Virus record (IMG/VR): IMGVR_UViG_3300017757_000006
Location: 1-59,275 of that record
Reading direction: 5' to 3' (one strand)
Source: a virus
Lineage: Duplodnaviria > Caudoviricetes
Length of the DNA: 59,275 nucleotides
Shown: piece after piece, positions 56,001 to 59,275 of the stretch
How the letters are laid out: each line of letters opens with the position of its first letter
How positions within the stretch are numbered: the stretch's first letter is position 1
The notes under the pieces: model-generated
What the model was told of the DNA's origin: nothing
Databases searched by the model: none
Seen by the model: only the letters and a program-made list of their open reading frames with translations
Made by a program: the position numbers and the translations under genes

Positions 56001-56414
56001 TTATTCTTTTCCTTTTAACATCTTTTGTAGTTCAGCGGTAGAACCAACAAACAATGCATTCGTTACATTCTTAGGGCCTTGGTTAGGCACTTCTTTCAAC
56101 TTCTTCATCTTCGCCTGCAAGTCACCAAGTTTCTCTGTTACGTCTGCAACCTGTTTAATCAAGTTCCCAGCAACCTCATATGCTCTGGGATGTTCACCTT
56201 CTCTTGCGAGGTCTAGAATACCATCAATTGCATCCTGTCCTCTTTCTACCAACTGATAAAAATTCTCTCTCTGATATTTATAATCATTGTCAGTGTCTTG
56301 TTCATTTGTTTCTGGAACAATTACTGGGCGAGGTGGAGTAACTTCTCTTGTAGTTGTTTCCACAACATCTGTTATTCCAAGAACATTATCTAAAATTTCA
56401 GTTTGGTTTGACAT
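56001..56414 (-). CDS. gp16: terminase small subunit
   Basis: DYKYQRENF, HPRAYEV, NALFVGSTAELQKML. Confidence 0.9.
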   Translation of the reverse strand: MSNQTEILDNVLGITDVVETTTREVTPPRPVIVPETNEQDTDNDYKYQRENFYQLVERGQDAIDGILDLAREGEHPRAYEVAGNLIKQVADVTEKLGDLQAKMKKLKEVPNQGPKNVTNALFVGSTAELQKMLKGKE

Positions 56415-56421
56415 TTCATAC

Positions 56422-56811
56422 CTATGGTGCTGTTGGCCAAGTCACATCGTCTAGTGAAGTTGCACTATCTGTAATATCTCTTAGAGCTTGTCTGTAAGCA
56501 GTTTGTGCATCTGTCATAGTCAAGTCTGAACTTGCCCACCAATCAGTTTCAGCAATCAATCTATCTCGTTCTGCACGAAGTGCTTTCATTGGTTCTGCAG
56601 CAGTCAAGTCTTGCATCTTGGCATTTACCGCATCCCATGTTAAACCTTTAGGCCAGTCAGAAGAGTTGTCTGATTCGATTGCAGTTCCATCATCAGTTGA
56701 ACCTGTTACCTTACGGAACATTGCTCCAAATTCGTCTGCATTTGTTGGTTCGCCTCTAAGAACCCATTGTGTGACACCAAGAGCACTTAGTGCGTCTGAT
56801 ACTGTTGCCAT
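56422..56811 (-). CDS. tail fibre assembly chaperone-like protein
   Basis: LRAERDRLIAETDWW...YRQALRDIT...WP. Confidence 0.8.
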   Translation of the reverse strand: MATVSDALSALGVTQWVLRGEPTNADEFGAMFRKVTGSTDDGTAIESDNSSDWPKGLTWDAVNAKMQDLTAAEPMKALRAERDRLIAETDWWASSDLTMTDAQTAYRQALRDITDSATSLDDVTWPTAP

Positions 56812-56838
56812 TATTTTTTCTCCTGTTTATTCATTTTG

Positions 56839-57378
56839 TTATCCACTAATTTCCATAAGAACTATATTACCACCCTTAGCAGAATCATAAGTTAGTATGT
56901 AACCACCAGTTAACAATTTAGTTTGGATTGTGTATGTTAAAACTCCTGTTGTACTTGGTGAATCTAGAACGCCAACATATGCTGGTGTGTCATGTTCATT
57001 GTCTGCATTTCTAACTTGCATAGTTTCACCAGAACCATCACTATTCCAAATATAAGCTGCACTACCACCATTAATTTCTCTGCGTAATCTAATACCACCC
57101 CTAATTGGACTACCAGAACCATTAATACGCATATGGTTACTAAATGCAACGTATATCTTACTGTTTGCAGAGGTTGGGGTAATGTTGAGAGTATAATTAG
57201 TACTTGCCCAACTGGTTGCGGTGTTACTGGTAGATGCAATTGTACCAGTAGTTAATACTTGAATAACATGTCCTGCTGGTGGAGTAAATCCATTAGATGC
57301 ATTTAGAGTCTTGCCAGATGCAAGTGAAACTGTGCTACCTGTCTCTGCGGTGATTGTGTTAACTGCTAAAGTACTCAT
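56839..57378 (-). CDS. short fibre tip-like protein
   Basis: MSTLAVNTI, GHVIQV, ITPTSANSKI, LDSPSTT, LMEI. Confidence 0.7.
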   Translation of the reverse strand: MSTLAVNTITAETGSTVSLASGKTLNASNGFTPPAGHVIQVLTTGTIASTSNTATSWASTNYTLNITPTSANSKIYVAFSNHMRINGSGSPIRGGIRLRREINGGSAAYIWNSDGSGETMQVRNADNEHDTPAYVGVLDSPSTTGVLTYTIQTKLLTGGYILTYDSAKGGNIVLMEISG

Positions 57379-57848
57379 TGTGCAATCTCCATAAGTGTAA
57401 TTGAACCAGTACTACTATCATTATTTATTCTAGCTGTAGATCCACCTTTATAATAGAGTTGATATGTAGTTGAAGAAGTTGTACTAGGAGAATCTAAAAT
57501 TTGTAATGATGTATGACCGTGGACATAAGAACTTCCACTAAACATAGTACCAAATCCACTTGTAGAGTTACCTAAATTTGTTGAACCTCTGTATATTGTT
57601 GCATTAAAATTATTAGTTCCAGATGGTGTACCATATGAAAAACTAGTAGTTACAAATATTTTACTATTAGAAAACTTTGGTGTTATTGCTGCTACTAAAC
57701 CACTGTGTGCTACAAATGAACTAGCGTTAGTAGTGGTTTGTTGAGAGCTATTTGTTACACTTACTACTTGTATAACGTGGCCTGGAGCATGCACTGTACT
57801 TGCAGTTGTTGCCCCTACAATGTTGTCTACTGTTAATGTTGATGCCAT
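57375..57848 (-). CDS. short fibre tip-like protein, paralogue of 56839-57378
   Basis: MASTLTVDNI, GHVIQV, ITPKFSNSKI, LDSPSTTS, ITLMEI. Confidence 0.7.
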   Translation of the reverse strand: MASTLTVDNIVGATTASTVHAPGHVIQVVSVTNSSQQTTTNASSFVAHSGLVAAITPKFSNSKIFVTTSFSYGTPSGTNNFNATIYRGSTNLGNSTSGFGTMFSGSSYVHGHTSLQILDSPSTTSSTTYQLYYKGGSTARINNDSSTGSITLMEIAQ

Positions 57849-57860
57849 CTCTTATATCTC

Positions 57861-58202
57861 CTATACGATTGACAAGTTGCCACTAACAGTAAGTGTGACA
57901 CCATCTGCAACCGCCAGAGGGCCTGCTGCAAGTGCATTGTCTGTTGATGCAATTGTTACATTTGTGTTTAATGTTGGTTCGTGTACTCTGAAGATATGTC
58001 CCTTACCACTAGTAGAATTTCCACCAGAAGTTTCTCCTTGGAAAAATCCACCACCCAAATTTGCTTGTGCAGAAGTAGCAATCTTCGCCAGTGTTACCGC
58101 ACCATTTGTAAGTTCAGCAGTTGTTACTGAGTTGTTTGCTAAGTCCTCGGCAGCGATGACATCCACTCCGATACTTCTTGATAATATTTTTCTAATTGCC
58201 AT
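57861..58202 (-). CDS. short fibre/adaptor protein
   Basis: VTTAEL/VTLAKI repeats; GGGFFQGE...IFRVH...NVTI...AAGPL.V..GVTLTVSGNLSIV. Confidence 0.7.
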   Translation of the reverse strand: MAIRKILSRSIGVDVIAAEDLANNSVTTAELTNGAVTLAKIATSAQANLGGGFFQGETSGGNSTSGKGHIFRVHEPTLNTNVTIASTDNALAAGPLAVADGVTLTVSGNLSIV

Positions 58203-58208
58203 TTTTTT

Positions 58209-58739
58209 CTATCCTATTAAATGTCCGCCAAAGTTACAATTTGGGCCGTAAAACTCACCGTTTTGTGCGCCGGTCGATTGGGCATGAAGAGTAATTTCAT
58301 CATTTGCAGCCAATTGAATGGTCATTGAGTCAGTTGCTGCTTCATCCCTTGCACCAATATTGTAGTAGTAAGCCATAATCATACCAGAGTGACCAGTAAT
58401 TGCGCTGTTGTTTTTCTGAAACCGTGATTGCCAATACGTTGAGTCAGCACCACCAGATTGAACTCGCCCATATAATCTGTAGTAGAAGTGATAAACACCT
58501 GCTACTGGAGCAACGAATTTAGAATTTGTACTATCGTAATGACCACCTACGTTCAAAGTTGGCGTTGCGTTCAAAACAATTTTTGTCCAAGCACCGTTGC
58601 TAAATATAGTCCAAGCACCAGTGCCATAAGCGTTGAACGCTGGTTTTGTTGGTTGAGAAATTCTACCAGCACTATCTAATGTCATTGCTGTTGTGCCACC
58701 AGTGTGAACTATTGTATCTACTTTTAATGTACTTGCCAT
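58209..58739 (-). CDS. C1q-like domain protein
   Basis: MASTLKVDTI; KPAFNA, NVGGHYD, FVAPVAGVYHF, LAANDEI, FGGHLI. Confidence 0.8.
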   Translation of the reverse strand: MASTLKVDTIVHTGGTTAMTLDSAGRISQPTKPAFNAYGTGAWTIFSNGAWTKIVLNATPTLNVGGHYDSTNSKFVAPVAGVYHFYYRLYGRVQSGGADSTYWQSRFQKNNSAITGHSGMIMAYYYNIGARDEAATDSMTIQLAANDEITLHAQSTGAQNGEFYGPNCNFGGHLIG

Positions 58740-58765
58740 ATCGTTTTCCTAATTCTTTGTATTAT

Positions 58766-59275
58766 TTATTCGTCTTGACCAGTAGTTGGGTTATAATTTT
58801 TTGCATCCGTAAAGAAAGATGTTGTTTCATTGAAACCGAAATCACCGTCATCTGTATCCCAATCACTCGGCGCAACGTCAGCCGGTTTAGGTGTAGCAGA
58901 ATATCTCTGTTCTCTCTTAGGTGCTGCAACTTGTAAGTCTGTGTATTGATCGACTTGTACAGAACGAATAACACCTTGTGACGTTACTGGGCCGTACATA
59001 TAATACTTTGCAGTAAAGTTTAGTGTGTAAATGATTGCCCTACGATTTGCAAAATCTCCCTCATAGTCATCCTCATAACTGATATCATTTAACACAATAG
59101 GAACGTCCCTAATGATATCAAGTTCGGCAGACTCCTTCAAAGTAATCGTGTACTCTGGTTGGAAGTATGGAAGAATTTGTTCAACAATCTGTAGTGCATC
59201 ATCTGAGTTTTTACTCATAATGAATAGTTCAAAGTCAACATTATAAGGTACAGGCATAAATCCAGACTTGATAGA
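58766..59275 (-). CDS. gp15: tail sheath stabiliser/completion protein (5' part outside window)
   Basis: PVPYN, QIVEQILPYFQP, RDVPIVL, RRAIIYTLNF. Confidence 0.9.
   Translation of the reverse strand, partial: SIKSGFMPVPYNVDFELFIMSKNSDDALQIVEQILPYFQPEYTITLKESAELDIIRDVPIVLNDISYEDDYEGDFANRRAIIYTLNFTAKYYMYGPVTSQGVIRSVQVDQYTDLQVAAPKREQRYSATPKPADVAPSDWDTDDGDFGFNETTSFFTDAKNYNPTTGQDE

Noticed and set aside
51851-58739. Diversity-generating retroelement or invertible shufflon acting on the fibre arrays
   Set aside because: No reverse transcriptase or recombinase in the window, no adenine-specific TR/VR pair seen, all genes in one orientation
2181-58936. Many plus-strand ORFs in the track (e.g. 12762-13307, 13638-14171, 17905-18399)
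   Set aside because: Ser/Phe/Leu-rich mirrors of real minus-strand genes with no SD or motifs; only 49879-50178 is supported
1-59275. CRISPR array, rRNA, stop-codon reassignment
   Set aside because: No regularly spaced repeats or rRNA-like sequence seen; core genes are full-length under code 11 and end with TAA, TAG and TGA

Overview
A 59-kb AT-rich segment of a T4-like myophage genome, almost entirely coded on the minus strand. Read in transcription order (right to left) it runs: gp15 (partial), two arrays of short fibre/adaptor/chaperone genes flanking gp16, gp17, gp18-19-20-67-21-22-23, gp3, uvsY, uvsW, gp55, gp47, gp46, DUF932, hsp20, gp45-44-62, regA, gp43, a DUF4338/GIY-YIG/TagD/glycosyltransferase/MazG block, uvsX, a 2OG-Fe(II) oxygenase, gp41, an ~11-kb late block of probable head-internal proteins, a spanin/lipase lysis-type cassette, gp61, nrdA, a Grx-nrdB fusion, a micro-protein operon with DUF1127 and a tRNA-Arg(ACG). 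Sigma70-type (TTGACW-N17-TATANT) and T4 late (TATAAATA) promoters are visible. An RpoH-type promoter, a ROSE element and DUF1127 suggest an alphaproteobacterial, probably marine, host (inference). Best candidates for undescribed biology: (1) a set of enzymes with capsid-targeting-like N-termini (ligase-like, HIGH-motif nucleotidyltransferase polyprotein, HAD phosphatase, BECR-like), (2) a candidate DNA-modification locus at the T4 gene 42/beta-gt position, (3) a four-way-junction RNA before uvsY, (4) a phage ROSE thermometer, (5) modular adaptor/tip fibre cassettes, (6) a leader-peptide/terminator CxxC micro-protein operon. All family calls come from motif recognition and synteny by eye; no searches were run.
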